A DNA stretch of 32,000 nucleotides, taken from assembly GCF_001735745.1 (NCBI RefSeq), contig NZ_CP017260.1, forward strand, positions 2,550,001-2,582,000, given 5' to 3'. Positions within the stretch are counted from its first letter, which is position 1, and each line of letters opens with the position of its first letter. The notes below the pieces were generated by a model. The model saw only the letters and a program-made list of their open reading frames with translations. It searched no databases and was not told the origin of the DNA. The stretch is from Formosa sp. Hel1_33_131 (GTDB lineage Bacteria > Bacteroidota > Bacteroidia > Flavobacteriales > Flavobacteriaceae). The position numbers were made by a program, and so were the translations under genes. This document shows, piece by piece, positions 10,112 to 19,483 of the stretch.

Positions 10112-10220
10112 TAATTGTAATTTATTACTTTTTACTGTGACTTTTTTAGGATTGTGGTGTCTTAGTTATTGAAAGGTGTTTACTGCATCTTCCTGAATCG
10201 AATTTAAAGACACCTGTATT

Positions 10221-10562
10221 ATGAACGCAAGGGATAAGCTTATTGTGAAGTATGCCAATGATTTAAGAGAGAAATGTAGTGTGTATCCAGATATGGATTT
10301 GCTTAGAAAAGTGACAGTTGGGTGTGGTCCATCGATCTATAATTCAGATTCTAGCAGGGTGTCCGTTAATAGTGAGTCTGAGTTAAACATCCTGAAAGAT
10401 AAATTTCTAATAAATAAACTAGAACTGTCTATTGAAGATAAATTAGACGAAGGAATTGAGGCTGTGATTGAACAGTATGGACGCTCAAACCGCCATAAAT
10501 ACCGCGCGGTGTTTTATTACTTATTAGTACTGCATTTCGGAAAAGAATCGGTGTATGAATAG
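10221..10562 (+). CDS. Small conserved hypothetical protein (resembles the DUF2853 family)
   Basis: 113 aa. The pattern KYANDLREKC...PDMDLLRKVTVGCGPSIYN...KYRAVFYYLLVLHFGKESVY matches my recollection of DUF2853 proteins. The family name comes from memory and no search was run. Confidence 0.55.
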   Translation: MNARDKLIVKYANDLREKCSVYPDMDLLRKVTVGCGPSIYNSDSSRVSVNSESELNILKDKFLINKLELSIEDKLDEGIEAVIEQYGRSNRHKYRAVFYYLLVLHFGKESVYE

Positions 10563-10633
10563 TCTATCAAAAACAATTCTTAAGTCCCACAATTTGTTGT
10601 CACGCTTTTTTTAATTTCTGCCTCTATTATTCT

Positions 10634-10641
10634 TACCTTTG
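10634..10641 (+). promoter_or_regulatory. TAnnTTTG -7 motif immediately upstream of the S1-like gene
   Basis: TACCTTTG(TGG) ends 4 nt before the ATG at 10646. Confidence 0.4.
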
Positions 10642-10645
10642 TGGC

Positions 10646-11482
10646 ATGATACACATAGGAGACTACAATAAGCTTACAATTCTGCGAGATACAGAACCAG
10701 GATTGTTTTTGGGAGATGACGAAGATCAAGAAGTCTTACTACCGAATCGTTACGTTCCCAAAGAATTTGAAATTGATGATAAAATTGAGGTCTTTGTTTA
10801 TTTAGACAACGAAGAACGCCTCGTAGCGGTCACGGATCATCCGTATATTAAAAAAGGAGAATTCGCGCTGCTTCGCTGTAATAACGTCACCGATATTGGT
10901 GCCTTTCTCGATTGGGGACTGGTAAAAGAATTATTCTGTCCGTTTAGAGAACAAGCATTCCCTATGAAAGCAGGAGGCTGGTATTTGGTCTATTGTTATT
11001 TAGACGAAACTTCCGAACGTCTGGTGGCTTCCAGCAAAACAAATCGTTTTCTGGACAATAAAGAACTCACTGTTGAGGCTTTTGATGAAGTCGATTTAAT
11101 CGTGTCCCATCCGTCGGATTTAGGAATGAATGTCATTATTAATAAAACCCATTTAGGCTTGATTTTCAATCAAGATTTATTTAAGGATCTAAGTATTGGT
11201 GACAAGCTCAAGGGAATCGTTAAAAAGATTCGTCCAGGGAATAAGCTCGATATCACCCTCGAAAAAATTGGTTACAGAAACATTGAGCCAAATGCGCAAT
11301 CAATACTAGAGTTTTTAGAAAACAAAGAAGATGGATGTTTAAAGCTCACAGATAAATCCTCACCTGAAGACATTAAGTCTCTCCTTCAAATGAGTAAGAA
11401 AAGTTTCAAAAAAGCTATTGGAACCCTTTACAAACAACGTCGCATCCGCATCGAACAGGATGGGATTTATTTAACAACCTAA
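10646..11482 (+). CDS. CvfB/YitL-family S1-like RNA-binding protein
   Basis: 278 aa with repeated S1-like modules and a C-terminal winged-helix-like tail. The blocks LLPNRYVP, EVFVYLDNEERLVAV and GAFLDWGLVKELFCPFREQ are typical of the family. Confidence 0.7.
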   Translation: MIHIGDYNKLTILRDTEPGLFLGDDEDQEVLLPNRYVPKEFEIDDKIEVFVYLDNEERLVAVTDHPYIKKGEFALLRCNNVTDIGAFLDWGLVKELFCPFREQAFPMKAGGWYLVYCYLDETSERLVASSKTNRFLDNKELTVEAFDEVDLIVSHPSDLGMNVIINKTHLGLIFNQDLFKDLSIGDKLKGIVKKIRPGNKLDITLEKIGYRNIEPNAQSILEFLENKEDGCLKLTDKSSPEDIKSLLQMSKKSFKKAIGTLYKQRRIRIEQDGIYLTT

Positions 11483-11494
11483 AACCGTCATCCT

Positions 11495-12334
11495 ATGCCG
11501 AGTATACAATGGAAAACTGTTAAAGAATACGAAGATATTACTTATAAAAAATGCAACGGCGTTGCCCGTATAGCATTCAACCGTCCAGATGTAAGGAATG
11601 CGTTTAGACCCAAAACAACGCTTGAACTATACCAAGCGTTATACGATGCCAACGAAGACACCAGTATCGGAGTGGTGTTGTTAAGTGCTGAAGGGCCTTC
11701 TTCCAAAGATGGTGTCTATTCATTTTGTAGCGGAGGCGATCAAAAAGCCCGTGGTCATGAAGGCTATGTGGGCGATGATGGCTACCACCGATTAAACATA
11801 TTAGAAGTACAACGCCTCATTCGGTTTATGCCCAAAGCGGTCATTGCCGTCGTTCCAGGTTGGGCTGTGGGTGGCGGTCATAGTTTGCACGTTATTTGCG
11901 ATTTGACCTTGGCAAGTAAAGAACATGCGATTTTCAAACAAACCGATGCCGATGTCACCAGTTTTGATGGGGGCTATGGCTCTGCATATTTAGCAAAAAT
12001 GGTCGGTCAGAAAAAAGCCCGTGAAATATTTTTCCTTGGGAGAAACTACAATGCACAAGAAGCATTTGATATGGGCATGGTAAATGCGGTGGTGCCTCAT
12101 GAAGATTTAGAAGCAACGGCTTATGAATGGGCGCAAGAAATTTTAGAAAAATCTCCGATATCCATTAAAATGCTCAAGTTTGCGATGAACCTTACCGATG
12201 ATGGAATGGTGGGGCAGCAAGTTTTTGCTGGAGAAGCCACACGACTTGCCTATATGACCGATGAAGCCAAAGAAGGCCGTGATGCCTTTTTAGAAAAACG
12301 AAAGCCTAACTTCGAGAAAAAATGGATTCCATAG
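11495..12334 (+). CDS. menB: 1,4-dihydroxy-2-naphthoyl-CoA synthase
   Basis: 279-aa crotonase-fold protein. Contains FCSGGDQKARG and GWAVGGGHSLHVICDLT, with a C-terminus ending EKRKPNFEKKWIP. Confidence 0.93.
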   Translation: MPSIQWKTVKEYEDITYKKCNGVARIAFNRPDVRNAFRPKTTLELYQALYDANEDTSIGVVLLSAEGPSSKDGVYSFCSGGDQKARGHEGYVGDDGYHRLNILEVQRLIRFMPKAVIAVVPGWAVGGGHSLHVICDLTLASKEHAIFKQTDADVTSFDGGYGSAYLAKMVGQKKAREIFFLGRNYNAQEAFDMGMVNAVVPHEDLEATAYEWAQEILEKSPISIKMLKFAMNLTDDGMVGQQVFAGEATRLAYMTDEAKEGRDAFLEKRKPNFEKKWIP

Positions 12335-12335
12335 C

Positions 12336-13232
12336 ATGAAAAATTTACAAGCATGGATTTCTGCCTGCCGACTCCGAACATTGCCATTGTCAATTTCTGG
12401 GGCGATTGTGGGGTCTGGAATAGCATATTCAAGAGATTTTTTCGACAGTTCAATATTTGCTTTGACAATCCTTACAACCTTAAGTTTACAGATTTTATCA
12501 AACCTCGCCAACGATTACGGCGACGGAATTAAAGGCACCGACAACGAACATCGTATTGGACCAGAACGCGCATTGCAAAGTGGGAATATCAGCCCAAAAG
12601 AGATGCGGAATGCCATTATATTTAATGTCATACTTTGTCTTATTTTAGTCGTTAGTTTAATTTATACAGCATTTGGTGCCGAGCAGTTTTTAACCTCCTT
12701 GGTATTTATAGTCCTTGGGATTTTAGCCATTGTTGCCGCCATTAAATATACCATAGGTGCTTCTGCTTATGGCTATAAAGCACTGGGCGATGTCATGGTA
12801 TTTTTGTTTTTTGGATGGCTAAGTGTTTTAGGAACCTATTTTTTATATTCAAAACAAATCGACTTTTTGATGTTATTGCCTGCGAGTACCATTGGACTGC
12901 TAAGTGCCGGAGTGCTCAACTTAAATAATATGCGGGATATTGAATCCGATAAATTATCAAACAAACAAACCTTAGCAGGGTATTTTGGACTGAAACGCGC
13001 CAAATCATACCACCAACTATTGATTGTAGTTGCCATGCTATTAATAGGACTCTATTCATTTTTAGTTGCAAACAGTTCGATGTATTTTGTGTTCATAGCT
13101 TTCGTACCACTCTTAATACATCTCAACATTGTTCGTAAAATCAAAACCCCAATAGAGTACGATCCACAACTTAAAGTCTTGGCATTATCGACTGTTGCCT
13201 TAGCGTTGTTTTTTTGTGCTTCACTTTTATAG
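12336..13232 (+). CDS. menA: 1,4-dihydroxy-2-naphthoate polyprenyltransferase
   Basis: 298-aa UbiA-family membrane protein with the NLANDYGDGIKGTD motif. It starts 1 nt after the menB stop. Confidence 0.9.
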   Translation: MKNLQAWISACRLRTLPLSISGAIVGSGIAYSRDFFDSSIFALTILTTLSLQILSNLANDYGDGIKGTDNEHRIGPERALQSGNISPKEMRNAIIFNVILCLILVVSLIYTAFGAEQFLTSLVFIVLGILAIVAAIKYTIGASAYGYKALGDVMVFLFFGWLSVLGTYFLYSKQIDFLMLLPASTIGLLSAGVLNLNNMRDIESDKLSNKQTLAGYFGLKRAKSYHQLLIVVAMLLIGLYSFLVANSSMYFVFIAFVPLLIHLNIVRKIKTPIEYDPQLKVLALSTVALALFFCASLL

Positions 13233-13272
13233 AGGTTATATTATAATTTTGTAATTTTAAATAAAAATTAAA

Positions 13273-13950
13273 ATGACGATTCAATTCTTAGGCCACGCCA
13301 GTTTACTTCTTACGATTGATCAAATCTATATTCTTGTAGACCCTTTTATTTCAGGAAACCCTAAGGCATCTCAGATTGATTTAGAGGCTATAAAAGCCGA
13401 TTATATTTTATTAACACACGCGCATCAAGATCATATTTTGGACGCTGAGCTCATTGCAAAACGCACAGGGGCCACGATTGTATCTAACTTCGAAATTGTT
13501 TCTCACTATCAAAAAATGGGTCTCAACGGACATCCCATGAACCATGGCGGCAGTTGGAAATTTGATTTTGGAACGGTTAAATACGTAAATGCGATTCATA
13601 CCTCTTCCTTTCCAGATGGAACTTACGGGGGTCAACCAGGGGGATTTATCATAAAAGGGGAACATAAAACAATATATATAGCGGGTGATACCGCCCTTAC
13701 CTATGATATGAAATTGATTCCACTTCAATATAATTTAGATGTAGCAATTCTGCCTATTGGCGATAATTTCACGATGGGTGTGGACGATGCTCTGATTGCG
13801 AGTGATTTTCTGGAATGTGATAAAATTTTAGGCTACCACTTTGATACCTTTGGTTATATCGAAATTGACCATCAAAAAGCAATACAAACATTTTTTGAAA
13901 AAGACAAAGACCTCATGTTGCTTGCAATAGGTGAATCCATAGCCCTCTAG
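13273..13950 (+). CDS. UPF0173-type metallo-beta-lactamase-fold hydrolase
   Basis: 225 aa with the LTHAHQDH metal-binding motif and the GDTALTYDM and LPIGDNFTMG blocks. Its stop codon directly abuts the menC ATG. Confidence 0.8.
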   Translation: MTIQFLGHASLLLTIDQIYILVDPFISGNPKASQIDLEAIKADYILLTHAHQDHILDAELIAKRTGATIVSNFEIVSHYQKMGLNGHPMNHGGSWKFDFGTVKYVNAIHTSSFPDGTYGGQPGGFIIKGEHKTIYIAGDTALTYDMKLIPLQYNLDVAILPIGDNFTMGVDDALIASDFLECDKILGYHFDTFGYIEIDHQKAIQTFFEKDKDLMLLAIGESIAL

Positions 13951-14985
13951 ATGCAAGCAAATTATTTTAAATATCAACTTCAATTCAAGCAAGCTAGCGG
14001 CACTTCTCGTGGGGTTTTATCCTATAAAGATACTTGGTTTATTCAGCTTGAGCAGAATTCACTCAAAGGGATCGGCGAGTGCGGTATGTTTAAAGGATTG
14101 AGTATTGACGATCGTGCAAATTTTGAAACTAAATTAGCTTGGACTTGTGAAAATATTCACTTAGGACTGGATGAATTATTAGCCGCTTTGATTGAATTTC
14201 CTTCAATTCAATTTGGATTAGAAATGGCGTTTCAATCGTTGCAACAAAAGGATCAATTTGAATTATTTCCATCTGATTTCACCAAAGGCAAGGACTCGAT
14301 TCCTATTAATGGATTGATTTGGATGGGGGATAAGTCGTTTATGAAACAACAAATCAAAGACAAACTTGAAGCGGGGTTTTCATGTATAAAACTTAAAATA
14401 GGGGCGATTGATTTTGAGAAAGAATTAGAACTCATCAAATCCATACGAAATGAATTTGATTCAGAAACCATTGAAATTCGGGTCGATGCCAATGGCGCCT
14501 TCAAACCCGATGAAGCCTTAGAAAAACTAAAACGACTTTCGGACTATAATTTACATTCGATAGAACAGCCAATACAACAAGGGCAGCCTCATGAAATGGC
14601 ACGGTTATGTGCAGACACCCCTCTGCCAATTGCTTTAGATGAAGAATTAATAGGCGTGTTTTCTGTAACAAATAAGGCCTTATTACTACAAACTATCAAA
14701 CCTCAATACATCATTTTAAAACCGACCTTAGTCGGAGGTTTCAAAGGCAGTCAAGAATGGATTGACCTTGCAGAATCCAACTCCATTGGGTGGTGGGTGA
14801 CCAGCGCTTTGGAAAGTAATATTGGACTCAATGCCATTGCGCAGTGGACCTATACGTTAAAGAGTCAGCTTCCTCAAGGATTGGGGACAGGAGGTTTGTT
14901 TACCAACAACATCCAAGCCCCTTTAGTGGTCGATTCGGGGCAATTATTTTATGATTTAAAAACAAAGTGGAATTTAAAATTTTAA
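13951..14985 (+). CDS. menC: o-succinylbenzoate synthase (enolase superfamily)
   Basis: 344 aa. The CIKLKIG, RVDANGAF, IEQP and ALDEE metal and acid/base motifs are present. Sits in a men context. Confidence 0.85.
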   Translation: MQANYFKYQLQFKQASGTSRGVLSYKDTWFIQLEQNSLKGIGECGMFKGLSIDDRANFETKLAWTCENIHLGLDELLAALIEFPSIQFGLEMAFQSLQQKDQFELFPSDFTKGKDSIPINGLIWMGDKSFMKQQIKDKLEAGFSCIKLKIGAIDFEKELELIKSIRNEFDSETIEIRVDANGAFKPDEALEKLKRLSDYNLHSIEQPIQQGQPHEMARLCADTPLPIALDEELIGVFSVTNKALLLQTIKPQYIILKPTLVGGFKGSQEWIDLAESNSIGWWVTSALESNIGLNAIAQWTYTLKSQLPQGLGTGGLFTNNIQAPLVVDSGQLFYDLKTKWNLKF

Positions 14986-14988
14986 TTT

Positions 14989-15942
14989 ATGTACATCAAA
15001 CAAGCATTTAACATCAAACACGATTGGTGGCTTTACATTGCAGGTATAGCAATCATCGTTATCGCCGTGATCTTAGGTCAAATTCCATACACGATAATTT
15101 TAATAGCAAAAGCAGTCGAAGCCGGTCTGGATCTTCAAAACTTAGACATGAGTCAAACCATGAGGTTGTTAGATTCTAATTTGAATTTATTTCTGATGTT
15201 ACTGTCGTTTGCCGCAGGTCTTTTAGGGATCTTTTTTGTGGTCAAAACACTCCATAAACAAACCCTAAAAAGCTTAACGACTTCACGATTAAAAATTGAT
15301 TGGAGACGTTTTTGGTTTGCATTTTTATTTTGGGGAATTGTTTCGAGTGGATTGGTTTTAGCCGATCATTATATGTCTCCCGAAAATTATGTATTTAATT
15401 TTAAACTAGTGCCATTTCTGATTTTGGCAGCCGTTGCTATTTTATTAGTGCCACTTCAAACGAGTTTTGAAGAATATCTATTTAGAGGCTATTTGATGCA
15501 AGGAATAGGAGTGCTTTGTAAGAATAAATGGGTGCCATTAATATTCACTTCTGTTTTGTTTGGACTTCTTCATATTGCAAACCCAGAGATCGAAAAGTTG
15601 GGTTACATATTATTGGTGCATTACATTGGAACAGGGTTCTTTTTAGGTGTGATTACCCTGATGGATGAAGGGCTGGAATTGGCCTTAGGATTTCATGCAG
15701 CTAACAATTTATTCACCGCACTTTTAGTGACCGCAGACTGGACGGCCTTTCAAACAAATTCGGTTCTTCGAGATATCTCAGATCCTGATATTGGATCGTT
15801 TGAAATATTTGCCTCTATATTGATTATATACCCCATTCTAATTTTCGTTTTCGCGAAGGTTTATAAATGGACCAACTGGAAAGATAAATTAACAGGTCCC
15901 GTAACCAATGATCAGTTGTCAAACGCGAGTTTACCCGAATAG
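14989..15942 (+). CDS. CPBP-family intramembrane glutamic endopeptidase (CAAX protease-like)
   Basis: 317-aa polytopic protein with the EEYLFRGYL, FGLLHIAN and GFHAANN motifs. Confidence 0.8.
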   Translation: MYIKQAFNIKHDWWLYIAGIAIIVIAVILGQIPYTIILIAKAVEAGLDLQNLDMSQTMRLLDSNLNLFLMLLSFAAGLLGIFFVVKTLHKQTLKSLTTSRLKIDWRRFWFAFLFWGIVSSGLVLADHYMSPENYVFNFKLVPFLILAAVAILLVPLQTSFEEYLFRGYLMQGIGVLCKNKWVPLIFTSVLFGLLHIANPEIEKLGYILLVHYIGTGFFLGVITLMDEGLELALGFHAANNLFTALLVTADWTAFQTNSVLRDISDPDIGSFEIFASILIIYPILIFVFAKVYKWTNWKDKLTGPVTNDQLSNASLPE

Positions 15943-17004
15943 TTGAATCCAAATCCAACATATAACCAACCTCATGCTTCCTTCAAATTGGAAGGTGTTT
16001 TTTATGATACGATAGGACTGTCGAGTCTTGCCAATCGTTTTATAAAAGAAGGGAAGGATTATCAAGTTTCATTAGGCCATTTTATAGTACAATGGATAGA
16101 TTTAAGTCCTGAAATCTCATTGCAAACTTCTGGTTCTACCGGAACACCTAAAACGGTTTTAATGTCCAAGCAAGCGATGGTCAATTCTGCCCTTGCTACG
16201 GGAGATTACTTCAAATTGAAGCCTGGAGATTCTGCCTTGTCCTGTTTGCCTTTTGAATACATTGCTGCCAAAATGATGTTTGTAAGAGCCTATGTTTTAG
16301 GCTTGGAACTCGACTGCGTCAAACCGAGTTCTAACCCCTTAGAAGCCATTTTAAGAAGCTATGACTTTTGTGCGATGGTTCCCTTACAATTAGAAAACTC
16401 CCTAGAGTATTTACATCAAATTACAACCATCATCGTTGGGGGAGCAAAGCTTTCCAATGGTTTGAAAATCAAACTTAAAAATTCATCCTCAAGTATTTAT
16501 GAAACTTTTGGTATGACAGAAACCGTCAGTCATATTGCGGTTAAAAATATCAGCCAACCCGCCTCGTTTTTTGAGGTTTTACCTTCCGTATCGATTGGAG
16601 TAGATGAACGGAATTGTTTAACCGTAAACGCGCCACATTTAGTGTCAACAACAATTCAAACGAATGATATTGTTCAGCTTCGTTCCAAAACTACTTTTGA
16701 ATGGATCGGGCGATTTGATACGATTATAAATTCGGGAGGTATTAAAATAGCCCCTGAACAATTGGAACAACAATTGGAAGGTTTTATTGAAGAACGCTTT
16801 TTTATCACCTCTCAAAAAGAGGATTCTTTAGGTGAAATTGTCGTCATCGTGATTGAACGCTCGAAACCTTATGAAACCCTAAATTTTGATATTTTAGAAC
16901 CGATGAAACGTCCCAAACATATTTATTATGTAGATGCGTTTAAAGAAACTATTTCTGGAAAAATCAAACGTCAAGAAACTTTAGATTTGGTTAAACCTGA
17001 ATAA
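15943..17004 (+). CDS. menE: o-succinylbenzoate--CoA ligase
   Basis: 353-aa AMP-binding enzyme with SGSTGTPKTV, FGMTET and SGKIKR. It uses a TTG start directly after the CPBP gene's TAG, and there is no in-frame ATG nearby. Confidence 0.8.
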   Translation: MNPNPTYNQPHASFKLEGVFYDTIGLSSLANRFIKEGKDYQVSLGHFIVQWIDLSPEISLQTSGSTGTPKTVLMSKQAMVNSALATGDYFKLKPGDSALSCLPFEYIAAKMMFVRAYVLGLELDCVKPSSNPLEAILRSYDFCAMVPLQLENSLEYLHQITTIIVGGAKLSNGLKIKLKNSSSSIYETFGMTETVSHIAVKNISQPASFFEVLPSVSIGVDERNCLTVNAPHLVSTTIQTNDIVQLRSKTTFEWIGRFDTIINSGGIKIAPEQLEQQLEGFIEERFFITSQKEDSLGEIVVIVIERSKPYETLNFDILEPMKRPKHIYYVDAFKETISGKIKRQETLDLVKPE

Positions 17005-18619
17005 CTCCCATATTGAACGCCTTTTCAATAGGTGCGTGGTTGGCAGCTTCAATACCCATGCGGATCCAATCGCGAGTATCTGTAGGGTTAATCACAGCAT
17101 CTGTCCACAATCGAGATGCCGCATAGTAAGGAGACACTTGTGCGTCGTAGCGCGATTTAATTTCATCGAATAACTCGGCTTCTTTTTCTGGTGTAATGGT
17201 TTCACCTTTCTTTTTTAAAGAAGCAGTTTCTATTTGCAACAATACTTTAGCAGCGCTGTTGCCACTCATCACGGCTAATGCAGCACTCGGCCAAGCGACA
17301 ATGAGTCGTGGGTCGTACGCCTTGCCACACATCGCATAATTCCCAGCACCATAACTGTTACCGATGATGATGGTGAATTTTGGCACCACACTATTGCTCA
17401 ATGCATTGACCATCTTAGCACCGTCTTTAATGATTCCACTGTGTTCACTTTTACTGCCCACCATAAATCCGGTGACATCTTGTAAAAAAACCAAGGGTAT
17501 TTTTTTCTGATTACAATTCGCCATAAAGCGAGTCGCTTTATCTGCACTATCGTTATAAATAACCCCACCAAATTGCATTTCTCCTTTGGCATTTTTGACG
17601 AGTTTGCGTTGATTTGCGACAATTCCAACCGCCCATCCTTCGATACGGGCATAAGCTGTAATAATTGTTTTGCCATAGTCGGCTTTGTATTCTTCAAATT
17701 CAGAACCATCCACCAAACGTTTGATGATCTCAAACATATCGTATTGATCGGCTCTTGATTTAGGCAGAATTCCATACAGTTCTTTGGGATCAGAAATGGG
17801 CTTTTTAGCAGCGACCTTACTGTAGCCTGCTTTCTCAAAATCACCAATCTTATCCATGATGGATTTAACTTTATCCAGCGCATCCGCATCATCTTTGGCT
17901 TTGTAATCCGTTACACCACTTATTTCACAGTGCGTTGTGGCACCGCCCAACGTTTCATTATCGATTGTTTCTCCAATAGCTGCTTTTACCAAGTAACTTC
18001 CTGCCAAAAAGATACTTGCGGTTTTATCTACGATAATGGCTTCGTCACTCATAACGGGCAAGTAAGCACCTCCAGCCACACAGCTTCCCATAATTGCCGA
18101 AATTTGAGTAATACCTAGACTGCTCATCTGTGCGTTGTTCCTGAAAATACGTCCAAAGTGTTCTTTATCAGGGAAAATTTCATCTTGCATTGGGAGATAA
18201 ACCCCCGCAGAATCCACTAAGTAAATGATTGGTAATTTGTTTTCGATTGCAATTTCTTGTGCTCTCAGATTTTTTTTAGCGGTGATTGGAAACCAAGCAC
18301 CCGCTTTTACAGTGGCGTCATTAGCAACTACAATGCATTGCTTTCCTTTGATGTATCCAATTTTCACAACAACGCCTCCCGAAGGACATCCACCGTGAGC
18401 TTCATACATGCCATCACCTACAAAGGCACCAACTTCAATGGATTTTGATTTTGAATCTAAAAGATAGTCAATACGTTCGCGTGCCGTCAGTTTTCCTTTG
18501 GCGTGCTCTTTTTCGATTTTGGCTTTTCCACCTCCTAATTTAACTTGTGCTAAACGTTTGTTTAGATCTGTTACGAGTAACTTATTATAATCCTCGTTTA
18601 TGTTGAAGTTTAAATCCAT
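16991..18619 (-). CDS. Acyl-CoA carboxylase carboxyltransferase (beta) subunit, of the methylcrotonyl-/propionyl-CoA carboxylase type
   Basis: 542 aa with two carboxyltransferase halves, carrying blocks such as GGGKAKIEKEHAKGKLTARERI and GNSYGAGNYAMCG. The exact acyl substrate cannot be resolved from the sequence alone. Confidence 0.85.
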   Translation of the reverse strand: MDLNFNINEDYNKLLVTDLNKRLAQVKLGGGKAKIEKEHAKGKLTARERIDYLLDSKSKSIEVGAFVGDGMYEAHGGCPSGGVVVKIGYIKGKQCIVVANDATVKAGAWFPITAKKNLRAQEIAIENKLPIIYLVDSAGVYLPMQDEIFPDKEHFGRIFRNNAQMSSLGITQISAIMGSCVAGGAYLPVMSDEAIIVDKTASIFLAGSYLVKAAIGETIDNETLGGATTHCEISGVTDYKAKDDADALDKVKSIMDKIGDFEKAGYSKVAAKKPISDPKELYGILPKSRADQYDMFEIIKRLVDGSEFEEYKADYGKTIITAYARIEGWAVGIVANQRKLVKNAKGEMQFGGVIYNDSADKATRFMANCNQKKIPLVFLQDVTGFMVGSKSEHSGIIKDGAKMVNALSNSVVPKFTIIIGNSYGAGNYAMCGKAYDPRLIVAWPSAALAVMSGNSAAKVLLQIETASLKKKGETITPEKEAELFDEIKSRYDAQVSPYYAASRLWTDAVINPTDTRDWIRMGIEAANHAPIEKAFNMGVIQV

Positions 18620-18625
18620 GGTACT

Positions 18626-18633
18626 TATCTTTG
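18626..18633 (+). promoter_or_regulatory. TAnnTTTG -7 motif upstream of the pirin gene
   Basis: TATCTTTG(TGG) lies 70 nt upstream of the ATG at 18703. Confidence 0.35.
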
Positions 18634-18702
18634 TGGTAACAAAAATAACATTATTCTTTGACTCTCAAGTTTTTGTTTAATGAACAATTATAAATATAAC
18701 AA

Positions 18703-19434
18703 ATGACATTAGTTTTCCATAGTGCATCATCAAGAGGCTTTGCAAATCATGGTTGGTTGCAAGCCAATCATTCTTTTAGTTTTGCTAATTTTTACGATCC
18801 AAAAAAAATGAATTTTGGAGCTCTGAGAGTTTTGAACGATGATTTAATTGCGCCAAGCATGGGGTTTGGAACCCACCCACATGACAACATGGAAATTATT
18901 ACCATACCACTTTCGGGACTTCTGAAACACAAAGATTCTATGGGAAACTCATGGGAAGAAGTGAAAGCGGGAGAAGTGCAGGTAATGTCTGCCGGTACAG
19001 GGATTCATCATTCGGAAATTAATGGCTCCGTTTCGGAGTCTTTAAGCTTGTTTCAAATATGGATTGTGCCAAATCAAAACAATGTCACCCCTCGATACGA
19101 TCAACATTATTTCGACCAATCACCAGATGGTGAATTGCAGATTTTGGTGTCGTCAATTGAAGAGGGATCGACAGATTCGAGTTTGAAAATTCATCAAGAT
19201 GCTCAAATTTCTAGAGTTAATTTATCTGCAAACACATTCTTTGAGTACAGTTTAAAATCCTCCAATCATGGCGTTTATATGATGCAGGTATTTGGAGCTT
19301 CAAAAATTGAAACCACAGCATTAAACCCGAGAGATGCGGTCGGAATTTCTGAAACTAAAGACTTTAAAATTGAAGCTACAGAAGATTCTCAATTCTTATT
19401 TATAGAAGTTCCTGTAACTTTTAAGGAAAGCTAA
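18703..19434 (+). CDS. Pirin-family (bicupin) protein
   Basis: 243 aa with the cupin metal ligands HPHDNMEIITIPLSG...HSE. Confidence 0.85.
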   Translation: MTLVFHSASSRGFANHGWLQANHSFSFANFYDPKKMNFGALRVLNDDLIAPSMGFGTHPHDNMEIITIPLSGLLKHKDSMGNSWEEVKAGEVQVMSAGTGIHHSEINGSVSESLSLFQIWIVPNQNNVTPRYDQHYFDQSPDGELQILVSSIEEGSTDSSLKIHQDAQISRVNLSANTFFEYSLKSSNHGVYMMQVFGASKIETTALNPRDAVGISETKDFKIEATEDSQFLFIEVPVTFKES

Positions 19435-19483
19435 ACTAGTTTCGATCAAATTAACGATATTTGTGTCTCTAAAAAAATTAATT

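Noticed and set aside
10197-10205. AATCGAATT shared between this spacer and the 15-mer repeats at 28303 and 28325, considered as a possible dispersed repeat
   Set aside because: A shared 9-mer across 32 kb of AT-rich DNA is within chance expectation.
10155-10214. 8-bp inverted repeat GGTGTCTT...AAGACACC with a 44-nt spacer upstream of the DUF2853-like gene, considered as a possible riboswitch or terminator
   Set aside because: The arms are short and the loop is long. It resembles no riboswitch class I know, and there is no U-run, so chance cannot be excluded.
16991-17004. 14-nt convergent overlap between the 3' ends of menE and the carboxyltransferase gene
   Set aside because: Short convergent overlaps are common in compact genomes. 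No hairpin or other signal is associated with it.
17398-17892. 164-aa ORF inside the carboxyltransferase gene, on the same strand in a different frame, plus short plus-strand ORFs at 17573, 17930 and 18257
   Set aside because: These are fully nested in a well-supported 542-aa conserved gene. Their translations are low-complexity, Trp/Arg/Lys-rich sequences typical of off-frame reads.
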